Origin: Maricaulis sp.
GTDB lineage: Bacteria > Pseudomonadota > Alphaproteobacteria > Caulobacterales > Maricaulaceae
DNA: 64,000 nt
Assembly: GCF_015665295.1 (NCBI RefSeq)
Contig: NZ_JADFAJ010000011.1
Span: forward strand, 21,652-85,651
Direction: 5' to 3'
Both the position numbers and the translations under genes were made by a program. Below, in pieces: positions 20,130 to 29,143 of this stretch. Below the pieces are notes generated by a model that was not told the origin of the DNA, did not search any database, and was given only the letters and a program-made list of their open reading frames with translations. Position 1 is the first letter of the stretch; each line of letters begins with the position of its first letter.

Positions 20130-20783
20130 TCACATCAAATAGTTCCAGAAGATCGCTCCGATTGTGCACGCTAGAGCGAGAACAAAACCAATTGCCGCGA
20201 ACAACAGAACCCGCCGGGTGTGTTTGCCGAGCCACATTGTGAGCGTGTGAGTAACCCCCTTCCGCACATTCTCCTCTGAAAAGTCGTATGGATTTCTGTT
20301 CGACAATGCCGCCAACTCGTTCCGTATCGGCGCGGCAATATCCTCGGTCGGCTGCTTGAGTCCTGCCATGGCAGCAGAAAGGTTGGCGAGCTCAAGATCT
20401 TCTGTAGCGTGCGCCATCGCCAATGAATGTGCCGCGAACGCGTGCTGGCGAAGCGCATAACCATCCTGCAGCAGGAACCCGACAAATGTGATCGTGACGA
20501 ATATCCCGATGGCAACGACCGCTAGCACGAACGCCTCAATCGGGACGTCATCCGCGACCGCATCAGCCAACCAAATCAAGATCGACCCGGCTGCTGCTCC
20601 GCTAGCTAGAAAGAGCAGCCTGTTCATTTCGAGCAGCGCCTGTTCTGCCTTCTGCCATGCACTATCCTTGGAGGCTCGATAGGAAGCGACCTGTCTTGCA
20701 AGTCGCTCCGCGCTCAAACGAGCAAATCTTTCCGGAACCTCCTCAACCACATCGGCCTCATCGCTGGTCATCGCGCCCTCCAT
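20130..20783 (-). CDS. three-TM membrane protein of unknown function
   Basis: The product is 217 aa (alternative ATG at 20771). It has an acidic helical N-terminus followed by three hydrophobic segments. Its start overlaps the upstream DUF4238 gene. Confidence 0.6.
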   Translation of the reverse strand: MEGAMTSDEADVVEEVPERFARLSAERLARQVASYRASKDSAWQKAEQALLEMNRLLFLASGAAAGSILIWLADAVADDVPIEAFVLAVVAIGIFVTITFVGFLLQDGYALRQHAFAAHSLAMAHATEDLELANLSAAMAGLKQPTEDIAAPIRNELAALSNRNPYDFSEENVRKGVTHTLTMWLGKHTRRVLLFAAIGFVLALACTIGAIFWNYLM

Positions 20784-21636
20784 CGGCCTTACCAGGCCAG
20801 ATCGAACTTAAACTCGAAATTAGGATTTCTGACCTGGAGCAAACCGCATCGCTACGGCGCATGGTAGCAACATTCACCGCACGAACATCGCTATCGTCCT
20901 TCACTCCAAAAACCTTGTAGCCGCCTCCATCCCCGCAGAGGCCTATTGCGATATCCGGGGCGATCGGCATCGACATTTCAACACTCGCGTCCCATAGCGG
21001 GAGTGAAGCATCGGGGACGCTCGCCACGCGTTGACGAAACCGTCCTATCGGCACGTCTCCCAGCACGAACGACTTTTTTGAGTTGGCGAGGACCGCGAAG
21101 AACAAGTCTTTCCTAGCGAACACCTCCGCGATGTTGTCGCTACCCTTCACCAGGGTGTCGATCAGAGCATTATCTAGGACATCAAGCAGCTCTAGTCGGA
21201 CGCCTTCGACGCTCTCCTCAGGCACAGATCCATCCAGCAACGCATCGTCGAGACGTTCAATTTCCTCGCATTTCACCCGATTAAGCTGATAGGGAACCCG
21301 CATAAACTGGTGATAGAAAAACCCTTCCAGAGAGCGCCGCTCTGGTCCGGTAAACAATGGCGCCCGGCCTGCACGCAAATCGCGAACAGCCCTGTCGATC
21401 AAGGGGGCCCATTCACTTTCGGCCTGCCCGTACGCCCGTTCAACTGCCGGGTCTCGCAGATTTTCGCCGTCGCGATATGAATACAAATGCCGCTGCCAAA
21501 AAACGCCTGACGGAGATCGTAGCTCTGCTCTCCGGTCGGCGCGCGCTCTTTCAAGATACCAAACTCGGCCGTCCGATCTCGCGAAGTTCCGGATTACGAA
21601 CTGTGGCACGAAATGATGACGCTTGGGCTTCCCCAT
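20758..21636 (-). CDS. DUF4238 domain-containing protein
   Basis: The 292-aa product has the N-terminus MGKPKRHHFVPQFVIRNFA..., which matches the HH-VPQ-F-L-NF signature I associate with DUF4238. Confidence 0.65.
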   Translation of the reverse strand: MGKPKRHHFVPQFVIRNFARSDGRVWYLERARADRRAELRSPSGVFWQRHLYSYRDGENLRDPAVERAYGQAESEWAPLIDRAVRDLRAGRAPLFTGPERRSLEGFFYHQFMRVPYQLNRVKCEEIERLDDALLDGSVPEESVEGVRLELLDVLDNALIDTLVKGSDNIAEVFARKDLFFAVLANSKKSFVLGDVPIGRFRQRVASVPDASLPLWDASVEMSMPIAPDIAIGLCGDGGGYKVFGVKDDSDVRAVNVATMRRSDAVCSRSEILISSLSSIWPGKADGGRDDQR

Positions 21637-21856
21637 AGGACCGCCTGCCTTCTCAACGGGAGGGCGACCACTGTGCCAGCGATTCGAGCCAAAGACCGAC
21701 GAATATGCAATCAGATGAAATTAGCAGGAATTTCAATAACTTACTTGTTAAGCACGCACCAGTTCACACGTTCGAGTGTTAAAAGGCTCCAGAGATCCGC
21801 CAACCGGTGGCGAACGGAAAGAGCAACAAGCATTTGAATTTTATGGAAGAAAAGGA

Positions 21857-21932
21857 TGGTGAGCCGACAGGGATTCGAACCCTGGACCTACTGATTAAAA
21901 GTCAGTTGCTCTACCAGCTGAGCTATCGGCTC
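21857..21932 (-). tRNA. tRNA-Lys (anticodon UUU)
   Basis: The reverse complement is GAGCCGATAGCTCAGCTGGTAGAGCAACTGACTTTTAATCAGTAGGTCCAGGGTTCGAATCCCTGTCGGCTCACCA. It folds as a cloverleaf with a 7-bp acceptor stem, a CTTTTAA anticodon loop, GGTTCGAATCC in the T-arm and an encoded CCA. Confidence 0.93.
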
Positions 21933-22049
21933 CCCGAACGAGGAGGGCGGAACCTATACGGGCGATTTGGGGGGGTCAATCGGGCTTTGCCTGCGGATTT
22001 CAGCATTTTTGATGAGATTTCGCCGCAATCACCGATTAAAATACAGCGC

Positions 22050-22670
22050 ATGAGGAGAAGACTGAGTCTGCTGGCATGCTTGCTCGGGGCGTTAGCCGCG
22101 ACCGCATGCTCGTCCACACGCCAAACCGCCGGCAATGCCGGCAGCTTTGCGCGCGAGGAAACAGCGGAGGCATTTGAGGATGCCGTCGGACTGCCGCGCG
22201 AGCGGCCGGGCCGGGTCATGGTTGATCAGGGCGAGGACACCGTGCCCACCCCCTATGGCGGTGATGGCTCGCGTCGTCGCTGCTCGACGGTCGCCCAGGA
22301 CATTGCCCGCCTGACTGTCGTGCTCGGCCCGGATGTCGAGGAAGAGCGTCGTCTCGCGGAAGAAGACGAGCATGATCACGACACCTGGATGGGCCAGAGC
22401 GCCCATATCGCCGCCCAGGCGCCGGACGCGGCCGCCGATGGCGCGCGCGGCCTGTATCGCTCGACGATTGTCGGCCTGAACCCGGTCCGTCCGGTCGTGC
22501 GCTTCCTCGGCGGTGCCGGACGCATCGAGCGTGAAGCCCGCGAACAGCGCGACATGGCCCAGCGACGCCGGGCCTATCTGCGCGGTCTCTATGACGGTTT
22601 CGGCTGCCCGCCCGCCCAGATGCGCCGTGCCTTCGAGGCCTATGGCCTGGTGGAGGAAGAGACGGAGTAA
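22050..22670 (+). CDS. hypothetical lipoprotein
   Basis: The in-frame ATG at 22050 gives MRRRLSLLACLLGALAATACS (lipobox). The upstream part of ORF 21807..22670 runs through the tRNA gene and was rejected. Confidence 0.55.
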   Translation: MRRRLSLLACLLGALAATACSSTRQTAGNAGSFAREETAEAFEDAVGLPRERPGRVMVDQGEDTVPTPYGGDGSRRRCSTVAQDIARLTVVLGPDVEEERRLAEEDEHDHDTWMGQSAHIAAQAPDAAADGARGLYRSTIVGLNPVRPVVRFLGGAGRIEREAREQRDMAQRRRAYLRGLYDGFGCPPAQMRRAFEAYGLVEEETE

Positions 22671-22701
22671 GGCCTTCGCCTCGCCCGTCTCGGGGCAATG
22701 C

Positions 22702-23229
22702 TCAGATCAGCGACTTGTAGAAGAAGGTCGTCGAGCAGGGCGTTCCGTCCGGGAAGAGCGCGTAATCCGGCACAGGCCCGACCTCGACCCAGCCACGCTT
22801 GCGATAAAGCGCATCGGCCGGCGAGCCGGTCACCGTGTCAAGGACCAGCGTGCGCAGCCCTGTCTCTCGCGCATGGCGCTCCAACGCGTCCATCAGGGCA
22901 TCCGCCACACCGCGGCGACGGGCCTTAGGCGAGACCATCAACTTCGCCACATCGCCGCGATGCGGCTGGTTGTCCGGCAGGCCGGTGATCAATTGGACGG
23001 TGCCGAGAAGCATGCCGGATGCGGTGTCCCGCGCCGACCAGATCAGCCGGTCACTCCGCTCAAGCTGATCGGCGATACCAGCCCAGAAATCGCCAGCCTG
23101 CCCTTGGCTGAAAGGCGACAGGAAGCCGATCGAGGCGCCCGCCCCGACACAGGCGGTCAGGAGACCGGCAAACGCGGTGAGTTCGGCGCGCAATTCGGCG
23201 TGACTGAGCTGCCGCAGCGTTACAGCCAT
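22702..23229 (-). CDS. GNAT-family N-acetyltransferase
   Basis: The start is MAVTLRQLSH... The product contains KLMVSPKARRRGVADALMDALERHARETG, the acetyl-CoA-binding Q/RxxGxG/A motif region. Confidence 0.8.
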   Translation of the reverse strand: MAVTLRQLSHAELRAELTAFAGLLTACVGAGASIGFLSPFSQGQAGDFWAGIADQLERSDRLIWSARDTASGMLLGTVQLITGLPDNQPHRGDVAKLMVSPKARRRGVADALMDALERHARETGLRTLVLDTVTGSPADALYRKRGWVEVGPVPDYALFPDGTPCSTTFFYKSLI

Positions 23230-23231
23230 GA

Positions 23232-24374
23232 CTATCCCGCCCGCTTTGCCGCTTCGGCCTGACCTTCTTCCCACTTCGCCCGGAAATCCCGCCGGAAGGC
23301 CTCGAACTCACCCGCCGCAATGGCCGCGCGCATGCGCGCCGTCAGGTGCTGGAAGTAGGCGATATTGTGCCAGGAGAGCAGCATCGCCGAGAGATATTCT
23401 CCGGCCCGGAAAAGGTGGTGGAGATAGGCCTTGGAATAATCCGTGCTGGCCGGGCAATCGATCTCTAGATTGAGCGGGCTGTCATCCTCGGCGAACTCGG
23501 CACGCTTGATATTGATCGGGCCATAATCCGACCAGGCCTGGCCATGACGCCCCGACCGGGTCGGCAGGACACAGTCGAACATGTCGACACCGCGGGCGAC
23601 CGCCTCGACCAGGTCGATCGGTTTGCCGACGCCCATCAGATAGCGCGGCCGCTCGGTCGGCAGGTGCGGCGTGGTGAAATCGAGCACATCGCACATTTTC
23701 TCAAAGCCCTCGCCGACCGCCAGGCCGCCGATGGCATAGCCGTCATAGCCGGTCTCGATCAGGCGCTCGGCACTTTCGCGGCGCAGGTTTTCAAAGACCG
23801 AGCCCTGGACGATGCCGAACAGGGCCTGGCTGTCGCGCGTGCCGAAGGCGGCCTTGGAGCGCTGCCCCCAGCGGATGGAGAGTTCCATGCTGGTGCGCGC
23901 CTCTTTCTCCGAACATCCGAACGGGGTGCACTCATCCAGCTGCATGGAGATGTCGGCGCCCAAGAGGTCGGCCTGGATCTCGATCGAGCGTTCCGGGGTG
24001 AGATTGTGCTCCGACCCGTCGATATGGGAGCGGAACTTCACCCCCTCCTCGCTCATCTTGCGCAGCTTGGACAGGGACCAGACCTGGAAGCCGCCACTGT
24101 CTGTCAGCATCGGGCCCTGCCAGGTCGAGAATTTGTGCAAGCCACCCAGACGCTTCACCCGCTCGGCGCCGGGGCGCAGCATGAGGTGGTAGGTATTGCC
24201 CAGGATGATGTCGGCCCCGGTCGCCTTGACCTGGTCCATGTAGAGCGCCTTCACCGTCGCCGCCGTGCCGACCGGCATGAAGGCCGGCGTGCGGATATCG
24301 CCGCGGGAGGTCTTGAGAACGCCGGTACGGGCCGCACCATCGGTGGCATGGATCTCGTAGGGAAAGGTCGTCAT
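23232..24374 (-). CDS. tgt: tRNA-guanine transglycosylase (queuine tRNA-ribosyltransferase)
   Basis: The 380-aa product starts at the ATG at 24374: [37 protein letters not shown]...LTDSGGFQ. Confidence 0.95.
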   Translation of the reverse strand: MTTFPYEIHATDGAARTGVLKTSRGDIRTPAFMPVGTAATVKALYMDQVKATGADIILGNTYHLMLRPGAERVKRLGGLHKFSTWQGPMLTDSGGFQVWSLSKLRKMSEEGVKFRSHIDGSEHNLTPERSIEIQADLLGADISMQLDECTPFGCSEKEARTSMELSIRWGQRSKAAFGTRDSQALFGIVQGSVFENLRRESAERLIETGYDGYAIGGLAVGEGFEKMCDVLDFTTPHLPTERPRYLMGVGKPIDLVEAVARGVDMFDCVLPTRSGRHGQAWSDYGPINIKRAEFAEDDSPLNLEIDCPASTDYSKAYLHHLFRAGEYLSAMLLSWHNIAYFQHLTARMRAAIAAGEFEAFRRDFRAKWEEGQAEAAKRAG

Positions 24375-25432
24375 GTGCGGCGCTCCAGCAGGCAGGCATC
24401 GCCATAGGAGTAGAAGCGATACTCCGCGGCAATGGCGTGGGCATAGGCCTTCTGCATGACGTCCAGGCCCGACAGCGCACTGACCAGCATGAAGAGCGTC
24501 GACTTGGGCAGGTGGAAATTGGTCATCAGCATGTCGGTGATGGCAAAGTCCGAGCCCGGCGTGATGAAGATGTCGGTGTCGCGGCTGCCGGCTTTGATCA
24601 CACCCGGCCCGGTGGCCAGGCTCTCGATCGTGCGCAGGGCCGTCGTACCGACCGGAACCACACGCCGCCCCTCGGCCTTGGCGGCATTGATCGCGGCCGC
24701 CGCCTCCGCCGAGACGGTGCACCACTCCGAATGCATCTGGTGATCATCCGTATCGTCGGACTTGACCGGCAGGAAAGTCCCGGCCCCGACATGCAGGGTG
24801 ACGCGGGTCTGCTCGATACCGCGCGCCTCCAGTGCCGCCATCAGTTCCGGCGTGAAATGCAGGCCGGCGGTCGGTGCGGCGACCGAGCCCTCATGGGTGG
24901 CGAACAGGGTCTGGTAATCGGCCTCGTCCTGTTCATCGACGCCGCGCTTGCGGGCGATATAGGGCGGCAGCGGCATCTCTCCGGCGGTCGCAATGGCGGC
25001 ATCGAGCGCTGGACCGGTCGCATTGAAGACCAGACGGACATCGCCGCCTTCTGACTTGCCCGTGACTTCGGCTTCGAGCGTCTCGCCGAAGGCAATCCGG
25101 TCGCCGGTCCGCAGGCGCTTGGCCGGCCGCACGAAAGCCCGCCAGGCTGACGCATCGATTCGCTTGTGCAGATTGACCTCGACCTCGACCGGTCCGCCGC
25201 CACCGACAGCCCGCGCCGGACGCACGCCCCTGAGGGCGGCCGGGATGACGCGGGTGTCGTTGAAAACCATGAGATCGCCCTTCCGGAGGATGTCCGGCAG
25301 GTCGCGAACGCCGCGATCGGAAAAGACGCCATTGGAGGCAATATGGAGCATCCGCGCCGCATCACGCGGACGGGCGGGACGCAAGGCGATCCGCTCCTCG
25401 GGGAGGTGAAAGTCAAAATCGGAAACACGCAT
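24371..25432 (-). CDS. queA: S-adenosylmethionine:tRNA ribosyltransferase-isomerase
   Basis: The 353-aa product starts at the ATG at 25432: [24 protein letters not shown]... It has a 4-nt overlap with the tgt start. Confidence 0.95.
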   Translation of the reverse strand: MRVSDFDFHLPEERIALRPARPRDAARMLHIASNGVFSDRGVRDLPDILRKGDLMVFNDTRVIPAALRGVRPARAVGGGGPVEVEVNLHKRIDASAWRAFVRPAKRLRTGDRIAFGETLEAEVTGKSEGGDVRLVFNATGPALDAAIATAGEMPLPPYIARKRGVDEQDEADYQTLFATHEGSVAAPTAGLHFTPELMAALEARGIEQTRVTLHVGAGTFLPVKSDDTDDHQMHSEWCTVSAEAAAAINAAKAEGRRVVPVGTTALRTIESLATGPGVIKAGSRDTDIFITPGSDFAITDMLMTNFHLPKSTLFMLVSALSGLDVMQKAYAHAIAAEYRFYSYGDACLLERRT

Positions 25433-25525
25433 GGCTGCGGGGTCTATATTCGGACACACCGCTTCGCAATCTTTGGCGTGTAGAAAGCCTGCCAATAGCT
25501 CCGGTTCACACGGCGAGTTCATCAC

Positions 25526-26521
25526 GTGCGTCACACGATTTCCGCTTTCCTGGCCCTGTGCGCCGTCATGGGCGTCGCTGCCTTCACGACCCTCGCCCCG
25601 ATGTGGCGCGGCTTCGATGCCTGGCGGCAGATCTGGCCGCTGGTGGTCGTGTTTGTGATGGCCGTGACACTGTTCTCCTTGCGCAATCGCCATCGCTGGC
25701 TGGCGCCTGCGCTGGCCCTCGGCTGTATCGCGATCCTGGTGCCAGCGATTCCGGAAGGACTTCGCCGCCCCGACCGGCAAGCCCTCGCAGACAGCGACGA
25801 CGCCATGATCGAGCTGACCTTTGTCACCCACAATCTCTGGGGTCTGAGCACGAATCCGGTCGGCGCACCATCCGTCCTCGAAGCACTCGCGCCGGATATC
25901 CTGGCCCTTCAGGAAGCAACCCGGAATGCCAAGCCCGTCGTCGATGCCCTCGAATCCGGCTACCCGCACATCGCCCGCTGCCGCTCGGTCCGGTTACTGT
26001 CGCGCCTGCCAATTCTGGACAGTGGCTGCGTCCGCCACCCGCCGGAGATTTCCTTCGAGAATGCGGTGCCATGTGACTGGGAGCTGCCGCCGGCCGTCTG
26101 GGCCCGCATCGAATTGCCGGACGGGCGCGAAGCGAATGTTGTTTCCGTCCATCTGACCTGGCCCTTCCCCAGCGCAGCCCAGGACTGTCAGCGACGCAAT
26201 CTGGCCCGCTCGCTCGGTCAGATGGACCAGACAAGCATGGTGGTGATGGGTGATTTCAACGCGGCCCCCCCGTCCCGGGCCCTTGCCCGGATTGAACGCG
26301 ATCTGGCCCTCGAACGTCGCTCCGTCGCCCTGCCGACCTGGCCGTCGGAAGGCCTGTTCAGCGCTGACCCGTCGGCCAATTTCGGGGTGTCGCCCATGCT
26401 GATCGGGATCGACCATGTCTTTGCCGGTCAGGCCTGGCAAACCGTCTCGATCGAGGCCGGACCGAATACCGGCTCGGACCATCGCCCACTGGTGACGCGG
26501 ATGCAGCTGTCGGCGGACTGA
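25526..26521 (+). CDS. endonuclease/exonuclease/phosphatase (EEP) family protein with N-terminal TM segments
   Basis: The 331-aa product has hydrophobic N-terminal helices followed by THNLWG, LALQEA, GDFNAAP and GSDHRPLV motifs. Confidence 0.8.
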   Translation: MRHTISAFLALCAVMGVAAFTTLAPMWRGFDAWRQIWPLVVVFVMAVTLFSLRNRHRWLAPALALGCIAILVPAIPEGLRRPDRQALADSDDAMIELTFVTHNLWGLSTNPVGAPSVLEALAPDILALQEATRNAKPVVDALESGYPHIARCRSVRLLSRLPILDSGCVRHPPEISFENAVPCDWELPPAVWARIELPDGREANVVSVHLTWPFPSAAQDCQRRNLARSLGQMDQTSMVVMGDFNAAPPSRALARIERDLALERRSVALPTWPSEGLFSADPSANFGVSPMLIGIDHVFAGQAWQTVSIEAGPNTGSDHRPLVTRMQLSAD

Positions 26522-27127
26522 TCAGTCGTGAGACCAGTTGTCCGGATCATCCGAGCTGCCCGGTGACAGCCCCAGGGTTTCGCCGTCATGGCTGACACCG
26601 AGGCCGAGCACGGTCCGGTTTGCGTAAGCGAAATAGGCGGTCACCTGGTTGATCTCGAGGATCTCGCCATCATCAAAACCGGCCTCGCGCAAGGCGATCA
26701 CATGCTGCCGGCTCAGCGTGTCGGGCGCACGCGTCAGGATTTCCGCATAGCGCAGGCCGGCCAGCTCGCGCCCGGAAAAGGCACGCTCGGGAATGCCGCT
26801 GTCGATGGCGTCGCGGATCTGTGCAGCGCGCTCTTCATCGGCGACCAGCCGCCGCAATCCTTCGAAATGATGCTCGACGCAATAGGTGCAGCGATTGAGC
26901 TTGCTGACCCAGGTCCCGATGGCTTCCAGATAGGCCTTGTCGAGACTGTTTCCGTAATGGTGCAGCACGGCTTTATAAAGGGCCATATGGCCCTCCAGCG
27001 TGTGCGGGCGCAGCGCGTGGGCAGCGAGGATATTGTCGATCTGGCCGGTCTTGCCGGCCACCCGGTCATAGATAGCCGAAAGGCGGCCATCGGCCGCCTT
27101 TCGATCGAGTGTCTTTATCCAGCTCAA
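26522..27127 (-). CDS. carboxymuconolactone decarboxylase-family peroxidase-related enzyme (AhpD-like)
   Basis: The product has a CTYCVEHH CxxC motif and SWIKTLD...LSAIYDRV. I propose the TTG start at 27127, because the track's ATG at 27208 would overlap the upstream ppiB. The start is uncertain. Confidence 0.65.
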   Translation of the reverse strand: MSWIKTLDRKAADGRLSAIYDRVAGKTGQIDNILAAHALRPHTLEGHMALYKAVLHHYGNSLDKAYLEAIGTWVSKLNRCTYCVEHHFEGLRRLVADEERAAQIRDAIDSGIPERAFSGRELAGLRYAEILTRAPDTLSRQHVIALREAGFDDGEILEINQVTAYFAYANRTVLGLGVSHDGETLGLSPGSSDDPDNWSHD

Positions 27128-27131
27128 GGCC

Positions 27132-27584
27132 TCAGGCCTCGACGACCGTCGCCTTGATGATCTTGCCCGGATTGGCCGGCGGCTCGCCCTTGGGCAGCGC
27201 GTCGACATGTTCCATGCCGGAGATCACTTCGCCCCAGACCGTGTACTGGTTGTTGAGGTAGGGCACGTCATCCAGGCAGATGAAGAACTGGCTCGAGGCG
27301 CTGTCCGGGTCGGCGGCGCGCGCCATCGACATGGTGCCACGCACATGCGGCTCGGCCGAGAATTCAGCCGGAATGTGCTGGCCGGAACCGCCCATGCCAT
27401 TGCCGTTCGGACAGCCGCCCTGGGCCACGAAACCGTCGATCACACGATGGAAGTTCAGCCCGTCATAAAAGCCTTCCTTCGCCATCTCGGTAATGCGGGC
27501 CACGTGCTTGGGCGCGAGGTCAGGACGCAGCTTGATGGTGACGTCACCGCCTTCAAGCGTGAATACGAGTTGTTCTTCAGCCAT
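27132..27584 (-). CDS. ppiB: peptidyl-prolyl cis-trans isomerase (cyclophilin type)
   Basis: The start is MAEEQLVFTLEGGDVTIKL. The product contains FHRVIDGFVAQGG and QFFI. Confidence 0.9.
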   Translation of the reverse strand: MAEEQLVFTLEGGDVTIKLRPDLAPKHVARITEMAKEGFYDGLNFHRVIDGFVAQGGCPNGNGMGGSGQHIPAEFSAEPHVRGTMSMARAADPDSASSQFFICLDDVPYLNNQYTVWGEVISGMEHVDALPKGEPPANPGKIIKATVVEA

Positions 27585-27592
27585 GGGTCTTC

Positions 27593-28552
27593 CTATTCCA
27601 CAATCCGGGTCGGCACGGTGATATCGCAAATGTCCGGCAGATTTCCAGACGTGTCGCGCAGCGTGTCGAGATAAGCGGCAAAGGCCGCTGAATCGGTGTC
27701 GGCCACCTGGATGATCACCTGCTCATCGGCCGGCAGCTCATCGCCGGTCCGCATGGAGCGGATATTGTCCGGCCGGAAGCCCGGATCATCCATGGACGAG
27801 CCGACGGCAATCGCATCGACGGCTTCCTGGCCAACTCGTACACGGCCCCAGGACGTGTATTGCGCGTTGAGATGCTCGGCATTGCCGCGGGTGATGTAAA
27901 ACTGGCTGCGGGCCGAATTGGGATCGGCGGTCCGCGCTGCCGCGGCCGCACCGCGACAATGAAGTAGCCAGGACTGAACCTGGCCATCGCCGGTGATCGC
28001 TGCCAGGGCGGCGGTCTGCGTCCCGGCATGGAAACCATCCCAGAAGCCGGCCTTGGCTATCTGCGGCAAGGCGCGCGGATTGATGATGCGATCCTGCAGC
28101 TCGGTCACCACCGGTTCGCCGGCGCGGCGCACCGTGAATTCAGCCTCCAGCCCTTCGACTTCCGCAGCATGGCCGGGATTGGAGCGGGCCCCGCCGCCCT
28201 GCGCCATGAATCCGTCGATCACACGGTGCCAGACCAGAAAATCATAGAAGCGTTCCTGCGCCAGACTGCGCATGCGGGCGACATGATTGGGCGCGAATTC
28301 CGGTGCCATTTCGACGATGACCATGCCGTGATCGGTGTCGATATAAAGCAGGTCTTCCTGGTCGGCCGTCCGCCAGGCATCCTCGGGAAATTCCCATTGC
28401 GGTGCCGCCGGCGCGGCCTGGGCGCTTGCCACGGCATCAGCCCGGGCATTTCCGGCTTCAGCCTGGCTCGCATCGGTCCCGGCCTCACGGGCGCAGGCGG
28501 CGGCGCTCAGCGCGAGTGCCAGGGAGGCGGACAGTGTAAAACGCATGATCAC
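27593..28552 (-). CDS. periplasmic cyclophilin-type peptidyl-prolyl isomerase (extended)
   Basis: The 319-aa product has a signal peptide (LALALSAAACA) and contains WHRVIDGFMAQGG and SQFYIT. Confidence 0.8.
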   Translation of the reverse strand: MIMRFTLSASLALALSAAACAREAGTDASQAEAGNARADAVASAQAAPAAPQWEFPEDAWRTADQEDLLYIDTDHGMVIVEMAPEFAPNHVARMRSLAQERFYDFLVWHRVIDGFMAQGGGARSNPGHAAEVEGLEAEFTVRRAGEPVVTELQDRIINPRALPQIAKAGFWDGFHAGTQTAALAAITGDGQVQSWLLHCRGAAAAARTADPNSARSQFYITRGNAEHLNAQYTSWGRVRVGQEAVDAIAVGSSMDDPGFRPDNIRSMRTGDELPADEQVIIQVADTDSAAFAAYLDTLRDTSGNLPDICDITVPTRIVE

Positions 28553-29043
28553 GCAAGACGCTCCTTCAATCGGCGTTCAATACTCGGCGTCACGAAGGCG
28601 GAGACATCACCGCCCAGACGGGCAATTTCCTTGACCAGGCGCGACGCGATCGCCTGGTGACGCGGATCGGCCATCAGGAACAGCGTCTCGATATCGTCAT
28701 TGAGCTGCTGGTTCATGGCGACCATCTGGAATTCATACTCGAAATCGGACACGGCACGAAGCCCGCGAACAATCGACTGGGCGCCGATTTCCTCGGCAAA
28801 ATGCATCAGCAGCCCGTCGAACGGGCGCACCTCGATATCGGCACCATCGGCAAACGGGGCGACCTCGGCGCGGACCATGTCGACACGTTCCTCGAGGCTG
28901 AACAGCGGATTCTTGCCCTCATTGACGGCAACCCCGATCACCAGGTGATCCACCAGCTTCACGGCCCGGCCGACAATGTCGATATGACCATTGGTCAGCG
29001 GATCAAACGTGCCCGGATAGAGCGCTGTGCGGATCATGACCAA
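28549..29043 (-). CDS. coaD: pantetheine-phosphate adenylyltransferase
   Basis: The 164-aa product contains ALYPGTFDPLTNGHIDIV. Confidence 0.95.
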   Translation of the reverse strand: MVMIRTALYPGTFDPLTNGHIDIVGRAVKLVDHLVIGVAVNEGKNPLFSLEERVDMVRAEVAPFADGADIEVRPFDGLLMHFAEEIGAQSIVRGLRAVSDFEYEFQMVAMNQQLNDDIETLFLMADPRHQAIASRLVKEIARLGGDVSAFVTPSIERRLKERLA

Positions 29044-29143
29044 TCTCTCCCGGGCCTGATGCCCTCAAGGCGCCTGCCCGGCGCCCGGCCCTTGTCTGGC
29101 AGAAGGCCGGAGCGATTTCAATCACTCCGGCCCTTTGCTGGCT

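Larger units (their letters stand above)
19941..21900. mobile_element. small integrated islet at tRNA-Lys, no integrase
   Basis: A perfect 45-bp direct repeat flanks AT-richer DNA. Hand counts give 46/100 G+C at 21661-21760 and 55/100 at 20281-20380, versus 69/100 at 10981-11080. Only two ORFs lie between the repeats. Confidence 0.7.

Noticed and set aside
19986-21856. An integrase, excisionase or transposase inside the tRNA-Lys islet.
   Set aside because: All six frames were checked through the ORF track and by reading. Only the DUF4238 and 3-TM ORFs are of meaningful length. The small ORFs (20053..20235, 21083..21289, 21357..21638, 21613..21837) overlap them or are low complexity.
21807-22049. 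The N-terminal extension of ORF 21807..22670.
   Set aside because: It reads straight through the tRNA-Lys gene. The lipoprotein signal begins at the ATG at 22050.
24375-25969. The long N-terminal extensions of the tgt (to 24725) and queA (to 25969) track ORFs.
   Set aside because: The extensions overlap the upstream genes or spacers and are low complexity. Canonical Tgt and QueA N-termini begin at 24374 and 25432.
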